Source of the DNA: Octopus sinensis
Taxonomy: Eukaryota
Length of the DNA: 64,000 bases
NCBI RefSeq assembly: GCF_006345805.1
Contig: NC_042998.1
Coordinates: 55,614,001 to 55,678,000 of the forward strand
Direction: 5' to 3'
Shown here: in pieces, positions 38,900 to 52,319 of the stretch
How positions within the stretch are numbered: the stretch's first letter is position 1
Layout: each line of letters begins with the position of its first letter
Notes under the pieces: model-generated
What the model was told of the DNA's origin: nothing
Seen by the model: the letters and a program-made list of their open reading frames with translations, nothing else
Database searches by the model: none
Made by a program: the position numbers and the translations under genes

Positions 38900-39370
38900 T
38901 ATAACTTTATTTCAGCTGCCTTAGTACTGGGCATCCACCGGAGGCCAAGAGTAGCAAAAGCACTTTTGTTTCGCTATGCATGCTAAAATTATCACCACAT
39001 TTATTCAATTTTAGATGGAGAGTGCTTTCCGTAATGTATGGGCTGTACCCGTCAAGGTTATCGTTTGTATTTCACGGAGATTGGAGTTACCAGGGTGTTG
39101 CTTTAATATACTTCTCAGCTCCCTTTGTTATCATTCCCAACGCACCAATTACTACTGGTATTATCGTAGTACTAAGCTTCCACATTTTTGTGATTTCAGT
39201 TTGCAGATCTTCATAGTGAGAAAGCTTTCCGTATTCCTTTCTTGAGACACTTTGATCTTGTGGTACTCACATATCTATTAACAGACAAGTTCCTCAGTTG
39301 TAGTCCTTGATCACAATGTCTGGTCGGGCGGACTCAATTTTTCTTTCTGTTTGTATTGGAAAGTTCCTAA
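38900..39370 (-). pseudogene. Second, older R4/Dong RLE fragment with 3' end
   Basis: FPIQTERKIESARPDIVIKDY..CLLIDM*VP..KLSHYEDLQTEITKMWKL..IPVVIGALGMITKG, with stop codons. Confidence 0.88.
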
Positions 39371-39379
39371 GGATAATGA

Positions 39380-39668
39380 CGCCCTCGCCATTTACTACGT
39401 CCTCTAGATGGTTTTACTACATCATCTAGGTGTTCCCCATCTGGAAGGGACGCCGGTCCGTCGCAGGAGAGCTACAAGATGGAGGAGGAAAGAGTTAGAG
39501 AAAGTTGTGGCGAAAGAGTCAGCAGAAGATCGTCATTACCTCCTGCCAGAGCCGCGCGGATCTTAGGTGCTTCACTCATAAACACACACATCGCCCAGTC
39601 TGAGATTCGAACCCGCGATCTCTCAACCGCGATTCCGCTACTCTAACCACTAGGCCATGTGCCTCCAT
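39380..39668 (-). mobile_element. tRNA-headed SINE related to group C (subfamily shared with 49650-49932 and 52320-52570)
   Basis: GGAGGCACATGGCCTAGTGGTTAGAG...GGTTCGAATC head. GAGAAAGTTGTGGCGAAAGAGT is shared with 49770. Confidence 0.82.
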
Positions 39669-39835
39669 ATATATATATATGTAATTTTGTTTCACCGTTC
39701 GTATACGCCGTCATTTATGATTGTAATGGTACAACGACATTTTAAGTCGTATTAATTGTAAATTGTAATATTACTGGTTTGCTTCTAATGGCTTCGATTG
39801 ATGTCACTGTGGATTTTGTTGTCAGTTTCACAGCA

Positions 39836-39871
<36 letters not shown>

Positions 39872-40643
39872 AATAATAAAATCTTAAAAGTCCTCAGGTC
39901 ACAACAATCCGGATTCTTTTTGTTTTTCTTTTCTATAGTTTCCGTGTTTTTTGTTTTTATTTTTGGTGGAGGGGGATTGTTTTGTTTTTTTTTGGGGGTT
40001 TTTTTTTGTTAAATTCTCTTGTCATAATTGCGGGTATTTCTAACAAAGTTAGTTATGCCATTCGTAAAATATATACATATTGTGTCACATTTGTCTCACG
40101 CCATTTTCTGAATACTTCCAGTCATATGAACTTGTATAGGCTCAAATTTCAGGTTCAACAACCAGAATTTGACAACAGTTATGTCACCAGTAGAAACAAC
40201 TTACTGACATTTCAAAAATCGGTTATAACGAAGAATCAAACCTCTGAATTTATAACAGTGAAAATTATATTAAAAAATATTCTTGTGATTCCTGCACCCA
40301 AGATTGTATTTAGCAGCTTATAATATATATAATGATGAGTGTGTGCGTTGTGCATGCGAGTAAATGGGTGTATGCGCATGGAGGTAACATGTGGAGGAGG
40401 GACGTGGAGTGCGGCTGTATGTATATGTGTGTGAAATAGCCCAAATAGCAAAAAGAAATATATAATTCTAATGCAATATAATTCTAATGCAATTACAATA
40501 AAATTTATTATATGAATATGCCATATAGTTTTTTTTTTATCAGAAAAGATAATGGAAATTCAACTTAACTAAATATTTAAAATAAATGTGCGTACAAAAT
40601 CTACATAAGTTATTTTTGTACTTTACAGTCGTAAGGAGTGTCG

Positions 40644-40701
<58 letters not shown>

Positions 40702-41159
40702 TACAGAAATCAATGGTTCCCAAACGTTTTTACGCCAAGCCTTACTTTACCATCTCCAAAAATTTTATGTATCCACTTCACTGAATATAAAAGTAAATTT
40801 TATGTGGAAAAAATTTTAAATTAAGATTTCAATAATATAAATACATTCAATAAAAGTTGCATCAAAAATGGGTAAAAAAAATTTTGAGTTAAACAGTTAT
40901 AATTTTTGATTAACAACAATACATCTTAAGAAATAATAAAGCTTTAAAATTCAGACTAGGTAAAAATACAGCGAATTCAGAGTTAAATAATTTCAGGTTA
41001 GTGACATTCTTTAGATTGATAAATTGCAAACCAGTGTTTGTATCGTAAAAATACAGCATTTTTAATTAATTATAGAGAATAGTTAGAAAGTCCGTTTTCC
41101 GTGTGGTTTCCTGAAAGTCACTTAATATTTATACACTTGATTCCCAATTTGTGTAACTT

Positions 41160-41290
41160 TTCTACTCTGTTACCCCGAAAGGATGAAAGGCAAAGTCGAC
41201 CTCGGCGGAATTTGAACTCAGAACGTAACGGCAGACGAAATATCGCTAAGCATTTCGCCCGGCGTACTAACGATTCTGCCAGCTTGCAAC
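41160..41290 (-). mobile_element. SINE group B, 5' part
   Basis: Near-consensus sequence. Confidence 0.9.
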
Positions 41291-41386
41291 AAGGTGTTTA
41301 TACGAATGATTTTCCGGTATGACCGGTATCACCACCGCTCGCAACTTCTCTATCTCTGCATCACTGTCGTTCTCTCTTTCGTTCTC

Positions 41387-41417
<31 letters not shown>

Positions 41418-41440
41418 CTTCCCCTCTCTCTCTCTCTCCC

Positions 41441-41474
<34 letters not shown>

Positions 41475-41829
41475 ATGTGTATCTTTCATTCTCTATCTGT
41501 TTCACTATTCCAGAAACAAAGAGGAAGAAAGATTAAAGGTTGAGCGCAAAAAGAAGAGAGAGAGTTTGGACGTCAGACAAACGTGTTTTCGATTGTTTTT
41601 ATACACTTACACCACTACCCCTTTACAACTTCATACGTTTTTAAATGTTGCTAGCATCACCCCATTTGAAATTTCTGTCTTTGAGATGCTCTTCTCCAAA
41701 AAAATCTTCTAAAAACGTCCTTACCAGATAGTGAATAATAATATGTAGTTTTGTGGAAGTTCATTTTGGACTTTTCTGAATACAAGGTAAACATAGAGAC
41801 AGGTAACACGGACAGACAGATATATATAT

Positions 41830-41923
<94 letters not shown>

Positions 41924-42269
41924 TGGCAGGCAGGCAGGCAGGCGGACAGACAGACAGGCAGATCAATTTTGGATTATTGTGTATTTGTGTATTGAATGTA
42001 GGTATGAAAATGATGGCTTTTTCGTGAAAATTGACCGCTTTAGAGAGAAGAAATTTTCCAAATATAAGATCTTACATGATATTGACGCTTGTTATTATCA
42101 TTTTGGTTTGGCTCAGGTTCTGTCTTATTCCTAGAAGAATGTATGTGGGTTGCGTGCTACTACCTTAACCATTATTATTGTTGTTTTTGTTATTATTATT
42201 ATTACTATTATTATTATTATTATTATCAGTTTTTATCATCATCATTATCATTATTATTATTTTTTTTTT

Positions 42270-42601
42270 CTCTTCTTTCAAATTTGCTTCCATTTCTTGC
42301 CGAGTGTCTTCCCGACTCCTAGGGCAAAGAAACTCATAGTATACATTGGTAGGCCATTAAACCAAACTCAATAGTTCGTTCATTTTTTTTATTTTTTTTT
42401 TTAAGTTAAATTAAAATACATGAGCAGCAACAGTTCTCACATCGACAATGCTCTTCTCAATACGTGTGATGTACCAGTTAAGACAATCTTTTGCACTTCT
42501 TGCAGGGATGGTAAGCCAGGGATCATTCTCATATAATTTTCGGTTCCCTTCTTGATCATTCCTAGTGCTCCTACGATCACTGGTATTGTAACCGCCTTGA
42601 G
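42270..42601 (-). mobile_element. Third R4/Dong 3' end between long (AAT)n arrays
   Basis: Intact LKAVTIPVIVGALGMIKKGTENYMRMIPGLPSLQEVQKIVLTGTSHVLRRALSM* (42601-42437), ~170-nt 3' UTR, AAT arrays on both sides. Confidence 0.9.
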
Positions 42602-42648
42602 ATTATTATCATTATTATTATTATTATTATTATTACTATTATTATTAC

Positions 42649-42699
<51 letters not shown>

Positions 42700-42741
42700 C
42701 ATTATAATTATTATTATTATTATCATTATCATTATTATTAA

Positions 42742-42779
<38 letters not shown>

Positions 42780-42782
42780 TAT

Positions 42783-42813
<31 letters not shown>

Positions 42814-43844
42814 TGTTGTTGTTGTTGTAGTAGTAATAGTAAAAGAGAAGAGTGCATTTGTTTATGGAACAGAATTTTTTGGGGGTTGGGGGATGGGAAT
42901 AACTACTCCAGTTTATTAGAGGTATCACTTCGTCCTCACCACTACATTCTTGAGAGTTCTACTATAAGTTCGGAATAAATTCTATTTTTCCATTTGTTTA
43001 AATGTAATTGTAATCTTAGCAATGTCGTTTATAAAAGAAAAAAAATACTTCTTTAACAAGCAACAACTATCATCATCATCATCATCACCATCCTCACGGC
43101 TACTACTACTACTACTACTACTACTATCATTATTAGCATAAGTTATTGTTGGTTTGCATTATTATTGTGCTCCCTATTGTATCATATGCTTATCATCGTA
43201 TGTTTGATACGTTATTTTTTTTTTTCATGTCTAAATTTTTATTGAAACCGACGCTACAGAGAATTGTTCATTGTAAAAATACAATGACAATAAATTGTAT
43301 TGAATTGAAAAGAAGAAATCCAGAACTCAATGACGACAGAATGAAAAAGAAAAATAATTAAGTACCGCATATAAAAGAATATGGCTAAATATATACCGGC
43401 GAAAAATATTCCAATATAATTTTTTTCATTTTTTTTTTTTTCGCTATCTAAGTTTCAGAAGAACATAATATAAAGTTAAGACAATAAAAATTTTTCTCTT
43501 CTACTAAATACACGAAAAAATATTGTCAAACCGTGCAATAATTCTTCAAGCAATTTTGTTCAGTATTTCTTTGTAAAAAAAAAGAAATTTTTTTTACAAT
43601 GATTCTAAGTTCTCCGATCTGTAAATTTTATGAATCTTCAACCTGCATATCATATAATAATTTTGTACGCTGACTTAGTGATTCCACCTTCACTGCTTCC
43701 TCAGATGCATTGGTGCCTATTATTCTCGATACTTACAGAAATAATTAAAGTAATATAAGTTATTGACTAATATTGTGTATTTTTTTTTTATCGCAGTTAA
43801 CTTTTTTAATGTTCCTTGCTTTACATATTTTCTATAATTTTACA

Positions 43845-44291
43845 TGATTTAGTCATTGGGCTGCGGCCATTCTGGGGCACCGTTTTAAAGGGCTTAGTCG
43901 AACAAAGTGCTTGTGTTTTTATATAAAAATTTGAAACTTATCCTATTGTTCTCTTATGTCGAACCGCTAAGTTACGGGGACAACATCGGTTGTCAAGTAG
44001 TCGTGGAGGACAAACGCAACGACACACGCACGCACGCACCTACACATATATGACAGCCTTCTCTCAGTTTCCGACTACTAAGTTTGGTCGGCCCAGGTCT
44101 ATAATGGAAGACACTTGCCCTAAGTGCCTCGCTGTGAGAATGAACCATGAACTATGTCGTTTTTACTACACAGACATGCCTATTTCCTAAAGAAACGAAA
44201 ACGAAGTATAACTGATCTTCGAAAGTTTGTCCAATGGCCGATTGACAGGTTGTCAAGCGATGTTGGGGGAACAAACACAGACACACACACA

Positions 44292-44336
<45 letters not shown>

Positions 44337-44600
44337 AATGTAAAAAATACAAACTGGGACAAGAACGTGAAACATTTAGAAGACGATACAAAAAACACGT
44401 TCGAAGCCTTCAATCTTCAGTCAAGAACCGGATCATCTTCGCAATTTCGGCTGATTAATCTTGATATATATATATACATATATATACGACGGGCTTCTTT
44501 CAGTTTGGTCGGCCCTAGGCTATAGTAGTGGGACTGAATCCAGAACCATGTGGTTCGTAAGCAAGCTACTTACCACACAGCCACTCCTACGCCTATATAT
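43845..44600 (-). mobile_element. Cluster of SINE group A fragments with a PLE-like terminal fragment (~44340-44465)
   Basis: Tail at 43850, heads at ~44100 and 44500-44595. Confidence 0.7.
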
Positions 44601-45222
44601 ATATATATATATCATAGAACGAACTGAAAATTGAAATAGTGTTCAATAAATAAACAACTGACAGAATACAACAGTAAAGGTTTTTATAACAACAACGACC
44701 TTTCGCATTATCCTAAAGATCATTCACCAGCTGAATAATGACGTTACCTAGTCCCCCACCTCATAAACGATCATTGTTCAATTTTACATTGAACCATCAA
44801 CCAACGGACACAAACAGAACATGTTGAAGCTAAATCTATAGCAGATTTAAACTGCATATCTTGAAAATCAGAGAACATGCATAACGTTGGTTTAATCCAA
44901 TTTATTCCTAACAATTATTTACATTCATTTCTTGATAAAATAAGCACAAAATTTTAAAGTTAGAAAAGTGAAGAGGAAATAGTCACATTTCCATTAACTC
45001 TGTTTCTCATATAGCATATTTGATATATGAGCTGCTTTCTAGTAATACATATAAAATATATAATACATGTGCTTACATGTGTGCATGTGTAGTTCATAAA
45101 CAAACTGTTAAATTTTGATGCACGTTTACTTTCACAAATTTTCGCACTCATACACATGCACATTCACACACTCAAATTTGTGTATGAGGGAGAAAGAGAG
45201 ATTGTGTGAGTGTGTGTGTGTA

Positions 45223-45300
<78 letters not shown>

Positions 45301-45539
45301 TGGAATGCATGCTGAAATATGTAATTTTAAAGGAAGGAAATATGTGGCAGGTAATTGAAATAAATTGAAATAAACGAATCCGGAACTGGAAAATGATCGA
45401 ACCAACCTTGTTGGAGAGAAATATTTTACGGTATACAACAAATATTTAACTTTCTTACACTATTTTTTACGTCGTTCCTTTTACAGAATGTCTATTTATA
45501 TTTTATTTTATTTATCTATTTATTAAATTTTTAGAATCC

Positions 45540-45720
45540 CCGCTGAGCATATAGCGATACATGATAAGCAAAATATGATAAAACATTTGTACAGCAGACA
45601 TCCAGTAGCTGAGAAGCACTTTAAGTCAGACTTAACGTTATATACATATAAGTCAGAAGAAGGAACCTTTTGAAGAAGAGAAGCTCACTCCATAAAATTA
45701 CTCGAGCTGCTAGACTTGCC
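45540..45720 (+). pseudogene. Eroded GIY-YIG endonuclease end (PLE-type)
   Basis: IPAEH...HPVAEKHF...RREAHSIKLL resembles the R..EH / PVA.HF / E..WI.L pattern. Confidence 0.45.
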
Positions 45721-46075
45721 AACCAAATCATACCTTACCGTTTTCTTAGAGGAATGATAGATTGGATAAAGTATTACTGGTTACATCAGCGGTTTTTTCA
45801 ACTGGAGACAATATGGCCCTTGGAGGTCCATATAAGATTTTGTCGTTAAAATCAATGTACAATAAATTGAACATACTTCTACAATATCGTGCTAAGTCTT
45901 CGGCCACTTTAAACTATTGTAAATTTCTACTAATTGCCAACTTATACGTGGATGTTTTGCATTGCGTCTTTTGCAGATGAATCATTGACCCTGTTGGAGT
46001 CATTTCCATACCTAATCATTATAATTTGTTGTAGTGGTTCTGAATGAGAGGGGAAGATGCGAGACGATCACCAAA

Positions 46076-46761
46076 GATAACCGTGCAAAAGTTTTCGGCT
46101 AACTCACATAAACCAATCAAGATACAGCGTTTTAAAACAGAAAAATGTCTATAATGAAAATTTATTATATAATATTCATTTCAAGAAGTTATTGATCATT
46201 GTTAATATTTCGTGTGGCTTCCCTTCGCTTGAATAATTACTTTAATGCACCTTGGAAGAGATGCGTAAAAATTCTTCACCAGCTTCAGAGGTATGAGATG
46301 CCATTCTCTCTAGTTGAAGTCCCACACCTCTTCGAGAATGCGTGGATTCTTCTGACGAACTCTTCTCTTTAGTTTTGTTCGCGTTTGGTCGATGATATTT
46401 AAGTCAGGGCTCTGAGCTGGCCAATCTTTCAATACGGTAACTCCTTCATCAGCCAGACTCTGGTGTGTGACACCTGACCTGTGGCTTGGAACTCCATCAT
46501 GCTGAAAAACCTCACCTTCATTCAAGTCTAGTATCAAGCTATCCTTCACAAACTGGATGTATTTGGCACTATTCAAGTTACGCCAATTTTAACCAACATT
46601 CTTGAACCATCACTTTTTATGTATCCTCAATGCATCAATCTCTTACCCACAAACTGTTTTCGTCATGTAACGTGGGTCGTTTCACTTTCATGGAGGCCTT
46701 CTGACAAATTCTCGCTTATTATAGAAAGCGAAACGTGACCGAAGACTTTTGCACGGTACTG
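46076..46761 (-). mobile_element. Internally deleted Tc1-like transposon
   Basis: TIRs ACCGTGCAAAAGT(T/C)TTCGG at 46080-46098 and 46739-46757, with TA after 46761. Peptide NSAKYI..FQHDGVPSHRS..WPAQSPDLNII..AKGSHTKY. Confidence 0.88.
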
Positions 46762-47937
46762 TACAATACACAAAATATTTTTTAATACAATTCCTAATAA
46801 TATTTAGTTATAAAAATATAATAGGACTTTTAAAACATGGAATGGCTGTGGGAGTCCATCCGAGTAAATAGGAGTGAAAGGGGTCCATAGGAAAAAAATT
46901 GTTGCAAAACTCTGGGTTACATAACGCTCAAAATAAAGATACAGGGTGGTTATAGACCTTACTGAGCAGGCCTTTGATCATAGGTGTTTTCAGTAAGGGC
47001 TTACTCAGGGTTAAATAATATCAGTGACAAACCAAAACAAACGAAAGATAGTCAATGTAAAACTGATACAAAGCTAAGAATACAACCCAAAGCAATTGTA
47101 ATGCGTGTAAAAGTAAGTATAACATCACACTCCACCCGCTTCACTCACTAACTCTAGCACTTGTCTCAAAAAATTCATAAAACCCTTTCACGTTTTAACT
47201 TGGTATCTTTTATATTTCACTTGTTTGAGTCATTAAAATGCAGCCATGCTGGGGCACGGCCTCGAAGTGTTAAGTGGAACATTGTTGAGAGAAAGAGAGA
47301 AGGAGAGAGAGAGAGAGAAACATACAGGCAGACAGAGAAACACACAGGGAGACAGACAGACTAAAACAGAGATACAGAGAAAGTTAACAAAGTGCAGGAT
47401 GAATGCACAACCTCAGCGTGATAGCTGGCAATGAGTAAATGTAAGCTACACGCACACAGGGTGTGGGAGAAAAAAATCAGAGACAGAAAAGTGTGTGTGT
47501 ATGAACTTCGATAATATAAAAGCAGGGTTTTTTTCTCCCTTTTTGAACACTGTTTTATTTAATTTTACTTTGAGTTAATAAATATTTTACTTAAGAATTA
47601 ATACTAATTTCATTATTTTGAGTAAGAACAAAGAAATTTGATAAAAATTTTAATAACAATTGTTGTGTGTATGCCGTATTCCCCGATACTTCTGTTTGTG
47701 GAAAAAATATACTTGTAAAGTTCTGTGTCATATAGCAGAAAAAACTCTGGAGAAAAAAAATCAGTCAGAAAAGTGTGTGTGTGTCTAAGTCCAGTTAAAA
47801 TAAGACAATTTTACATTAATCTGATGTATTACTTTATACTTTTCTAGAGTACAAGTCTATTATTCCTAAACAAGAATATTATTGACAGTCACTTCGAAGT
47901 TTTGGCCAGCTAAGCTTTCGACGATGTCTTATATGCA

Positions 47938-47969
<32 letters not shown>

Positions 47970-48070
47970 TTTGTTTGTGTGTACATATATATAAAACGAG
48001 TGAGTGGACAAATGAAAGAAAATGGTACTCAACACATTTAGGAGTTATCTATAATACTTATCTTAAAATA

Positions 48071-48720
48071 GTTTGATTCGGTTCAATGCGACTTAAACCT
48101 CTGCTCGTTCCGGCTCATATTACTGGTAGTCTGAGCCGATCGAGCTAGGTTTCTGTAAAAAGCCAACAAAATTAAGATTCATGGACCCGAATCAAACCGT
48201 GGCCTGGCCTTCAAGGTAACTGGACGACATTCTTCCTGCTCTCCTGTCGTTCACAAAAAATTCTGCGTTTGCAATACTTTTTTCGTTCGGCGCCAACAGC
48301 CCTTCTTATCTTGTTTTCCCTGTCCTGTCTTTTACTGTTATATTTTTTTACTGTTTACATTTTTTTACTGTTTATTTTTTTACTGTTTATATTTTTGTAC
48401 TGTCGTTACTGTCCTGTTTTTTTTACCATTTTTTTACCATTTTTTACCCCTCTGCGAAAAGATCTCAGAATTTTGATTGATTTGCTTTTCGCAGGAAGGA
48501 AAGTTTCTTGTCGAAGAAACGTCTCGCTTTTATCCTTCGAAACGTAGAGTAGATGAAACCTTAGCGACTGAAGAAGGGTTTTTTTCGTTGTGTTAATTGT
48601 CCTGTACTCCATTTTTTGTTGTTTTTAAAAAAATGTCCAGTTCCTTTGGTTTGTGTCTATGTTTTCGTTTCTCTTTGTGTTCGACGTCCCTTTGGTGTCC
48701 TGTACTCATATATGCGTGTA
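48071..48720. other. Unclassified structured repeat-like block (nested hairpin, TTTTTTACTG-type repeats, 10-bp IR, hammerhead half-motifs)
   Basis: Hairpin at 48071-48197. CTGCGAAAAG/CTTTTCGCAG at ~48442-48494. GAAACGTC-TCGC and GCGA-CTGAAGA half-motifs at 48516-48575. Confidence 0.45.
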
Positions 48721-48789
48721 TATGTACATGTAGAGGTAGGTACGTACATATATGTTTATATATATGCATATGTTTTATTTCATTTATTA

Positions 48790-48840
<51 letters not shown>

Positions 48841-48841
<1 letters not shown>

Positions 48842-49213
48842 GGCGTAGGAGTGGCTGTGTGGTAAGTAGCTTGCTTACGAACCACATTGTTCCGAGTCCA
48901 GTCCCACTGCGTGGCACTTTGGGCTGACTAAAGCTTTGTGAGTGGATTTGGTAGACGGAAACTGAAAGAAGCACGCATATATATGTATATATATATATAT
49001 GTCTGTGTGTCTGTGTTTGTCCCTCCCACCAACATCGCTTGACAACCGATGCTGGTGTGTTTACGTTCCCGTAACTTAGCGGTTCGGCAAAACAGACCGA
49101 TAGAATAAGTACGAGGCTCACAAAGAATAAGTCCTGGGGTCGATTTGCTCGACTAAAGGCGGTGCTCCAGCATGACCACAGTCAAATGACTGAAACTAAA
49201 AGAGTAAAGAGAG

Positions 49214-49215
<2 letters not shown>
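48841..49215 (+). mobile_element. Near full-length SINE group A
   Basis: GGCGTAGGAGTGGCTGTGTGGTAAG head through CAGTC-AAAT-GACTG hairpin (49179-49192) and AAAAGAGT tail. Confidence 0.93.
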
Positions 49216-49248
<33 letters not shown>

Positions 49249-49586
49249 TATATGATGTACTCTCCCATCGAAGAAGACGTATGATCAGCTTTCACCGAAC
49301 GACCTGTACAAATGTTTGTTTATAGTGATAAAATGTTTGGAATGTTTGTGCTGTACTTTGGCTTGTTCCCTCTATCAAATCGACGTTGCCTTAACAGATG
49401 TACGGTGTACCACGCGTCAGACGTCGAAGTGAGATCAAGCAACGTGAAACGAAACGTTGTGCTTAAGAATACAACGCACCACGCGGTCTAGGAATTGAAG
49501 CCACGATCTTGCGAGCAGCAACATAACCACTAAGTCATGCGTCCTCACAACACACTCTCACACACACATACACACACACACACACA

Positions 49587-49645
<59 letters not shown>

Positions 49646-49649
49646 CACA

Positions 49650-49932
49650 GTGATCACCGTGACCGACCAGGCTATCAGATGTTGCTAAACATCTCTGGTC
49701 ACAATGCCCTTCGCATTGTTTTAGCCTTCACATGGCTAACCGAGCAGGCCAACAGAAGAAAGAATGAGAGAAAGTTGTGGCGAAAGAGTACAGCTGGGAT
49801 CGCCACCATGCCCTGCCGGAGAACGTGGAGCTATCGGTGTTTTGGCTCAATAAACACTCACAACGCCCAGTCTGGGAATCGAAACCATATACGAGTCCGC
49901 TGCCCTAACCACTGAGCCATCGCGCCTCCACA
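49650..49932 (-). mobile_element. SINE related to group C
   Basis: GGAGGCGCGATGGCTCAGTGGTTAGG head on the minus strand. Tail shared with 52320-52400. Confidence 0.82.
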
Positions 49933-49952
49933 CATACTCACGCACACTCACA

Positions 49953-50030
<78 letters not shown>

Positions 50031-51122
50031 AAGAGAGAGAGAGATGCACACACATGCACTCACACACACATACACACCACATACAAATACAAGCATATTC
50101 CTCATAAAAATTTCGCTTCATCTCTTCGCGTATATCCTTCCCCTCTTATTTTCTGCTGTTATATTTGCCAAAACAATTCGCAATTCCTTGCTTTTCCTCT
50201 CCCTTCGCAATTCACCAACAAAGCTTCGCTAATCTCTACTCGTTCTTAGCAACAACAACAACAACAACAAAAAAGATATGGACAAATGTATATAAATCTG
50301 AACTCTAGACTTAAAAGCCAGATGTTTTGAAATTCCACTGAAGTATGCTTTCAATTATGTCAATAAAATAAAGGCCTTCAATTTGTTTTATTTTTTACAT
50401 GACGGTTTTCTTAAGTAGCATTTTTTTTCTTTTACATTTCATGAGATAACGGAATATTCTAGTATATTTTATATATTTTTTAGGGGTTTTTTCCCCAACT
50501 CATACAACATACAATACGCGTACTTGTATAAATGCATAAAACACGTATGTGTGAAATAGTTTTCAACAGCAAATTCAAGCATACAAACATCTACACATAA
50601 ACGAACACAAATACACATATATCTGTTAAAAAGTATGCGTATAGATGCGCGCGTGAAGCAACCTGACAAACATGCACTGATACACACACACTGACACATA
50701 CACACACATACATTATGCATCATGTCTAAGCGTATTGGCATTTGCATATATGTTCCTCAAAATATATTTATCATCGGATAATAACCGTCAATTATTTACT
50801 ACTATACGTAGTCATATAACATGCATTCATAAACATTTTTGTGCCCGAGCGTGCGCGCACTCGCACGTACATGAGTATCTGCGTCTATTGTTCATGTAAA
50901 TTGCACTCACAGTCACATAGAGACAAAGACACACACACAGATACACACACGTAGTGCTCGTATACTTAAGGTAGAGTAAAATGATATTTTATTGAAGCTA
51001 GAAAGACTTCACAAACTGTTACTCAGAGTTTCACGTAACGATCATCAAACAACCGTGATATTTAGAATAATGCTGATCGAGTAACAGCTTGTGAAGTCTT
51101 GTGTAGGTGCGTGTGTGTGTGT

Positions 51123-51183
<61 letters not shown>

Positions 51184-51194
51184 ATTATTGTACA

Positions 51195-51420
51195 TACAAA
51201 CTAAAGCAGTGTGGTGGCAGAATCGTGACCATACCGGACAAAATGCTTAGCGGTATTTCGAACGTCTTTACGTCCTGAATTCAAATGCCACTGGGGTCGA
51301 CTTTGCTTTTCATCCGTCCTTTTTGGAGTTCGAGAAAATAGGGACCAATTGGGCACTGGGATTGATGTAATCCATTTAACTTTCCTCCGAAATTGCCGGC
51401 CTCGAGCCAAAATTTGAAAT
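51195..51420 (+). mobile_element. SINE group B, diverged
   Basis: GGTGGCAGAATCG...GTCGACTTTGCTTTTCATCC. Confidence 0.8.
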
Positions 51421-51634
51421 CATTAGTACACATACAAACTCATGTATATACATATGTGTACACACGTACTTACGTATACATTATGTGGGAGACTGCCAAG
51501 TAAGTGTAGTTTAGATATCCACAGAATAATGCTCAGACAGATCACAACTTTAAATCTAATTCCTTCTTCCAGGTTTGGTCGAGCTGGCATGAAAGTAGAA
51601 AAGCAGATTAACACAGGTTGGCTTTGTGAATGTA

Positions 51635-52199
51635 TTGGGTTGTCCGGAAAGTTCGTGCCGATTTTTAAAGGAAAGAAAAAGGTAAATAAATACTTGTCAT
51701 TATATTTTTAATCAACCAAATATGAACCATTTTGTTGCACAATGCGTCTCCATCTTTCCTTTAACTTGAAAAAACCCTCTTCCCAGAATTAAGGTGGTTT
51801 CATGGCAAAGAATTCACCAAGGTATCTTTTTACGTCATCCAAGGAATTGAAATTTTTACCATTAAGACTATTCTGCAGAGACCTGAATATGTGGAAATCC
51901 GAAGGAGCAATATCTGGTGAATATGGAGGGTGGGCTAACACATCCCAGCCGAGCTGCAGCAATTTTTGTCTGGTTCCCAAAGCATCAAGTGCCGAAAATG
52001 AACTTTTTTTATCTTCCATTTTAAAGGATTACAGAATTAACAGGTTATAGGAACATAAACCTTCTTCCACGAAAAGATAGCTTAAACTGTGCTCTAAATG
52101 GAGGTGTAGTCAGATCCTTTTTCATGGACTCAACCATGTTCTAAAATAAATCGAAAGATAAGCTACTATAAATCGGCACGAACTTTCCGGACAACCCAA
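51635..52199 (-). mobile_element. 565-bp mariner deletion derivative
   Basis: Perfect ~30-bp TIRs TTGGGTTGTCCGGAAAGTTCGTGCCGATTT with TA on both sides. Peptide LGWDVLAHPPYSPDIAPSDFHIFRSLQNSL. Confidence 0.95.
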
Positions 52200-52319
52200 T
52201 ATTTACATGGAATACAGAAAACGGCAAACATCTGAATGTTTGATACGTCTATACCAAAAACAGTATTATACACGTTATATAGCTTCACTTGGCGCATACA
52301 CATACACTCACAGACACCA

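Noticed and set aside
39982-40323. 113-aa ORF with internal TTTCAG acceptor
   Set aside because: No good donor and no recognisable motif.
44400-44425. Minus-strand CTGAAGA..GAAC motif, with counterparts near 10925 and 27140
   Set aside because: GAAA, stem III and stem I are not consistently recoverable across the three copies.
48516-48580. Hammerhead halves in permuted order (GAAACGTC-TCGC then GCGA-CTGAAGA)
   Set aside because: Stem II cannot close in a type II or type III topology; probably broken tandem copies.
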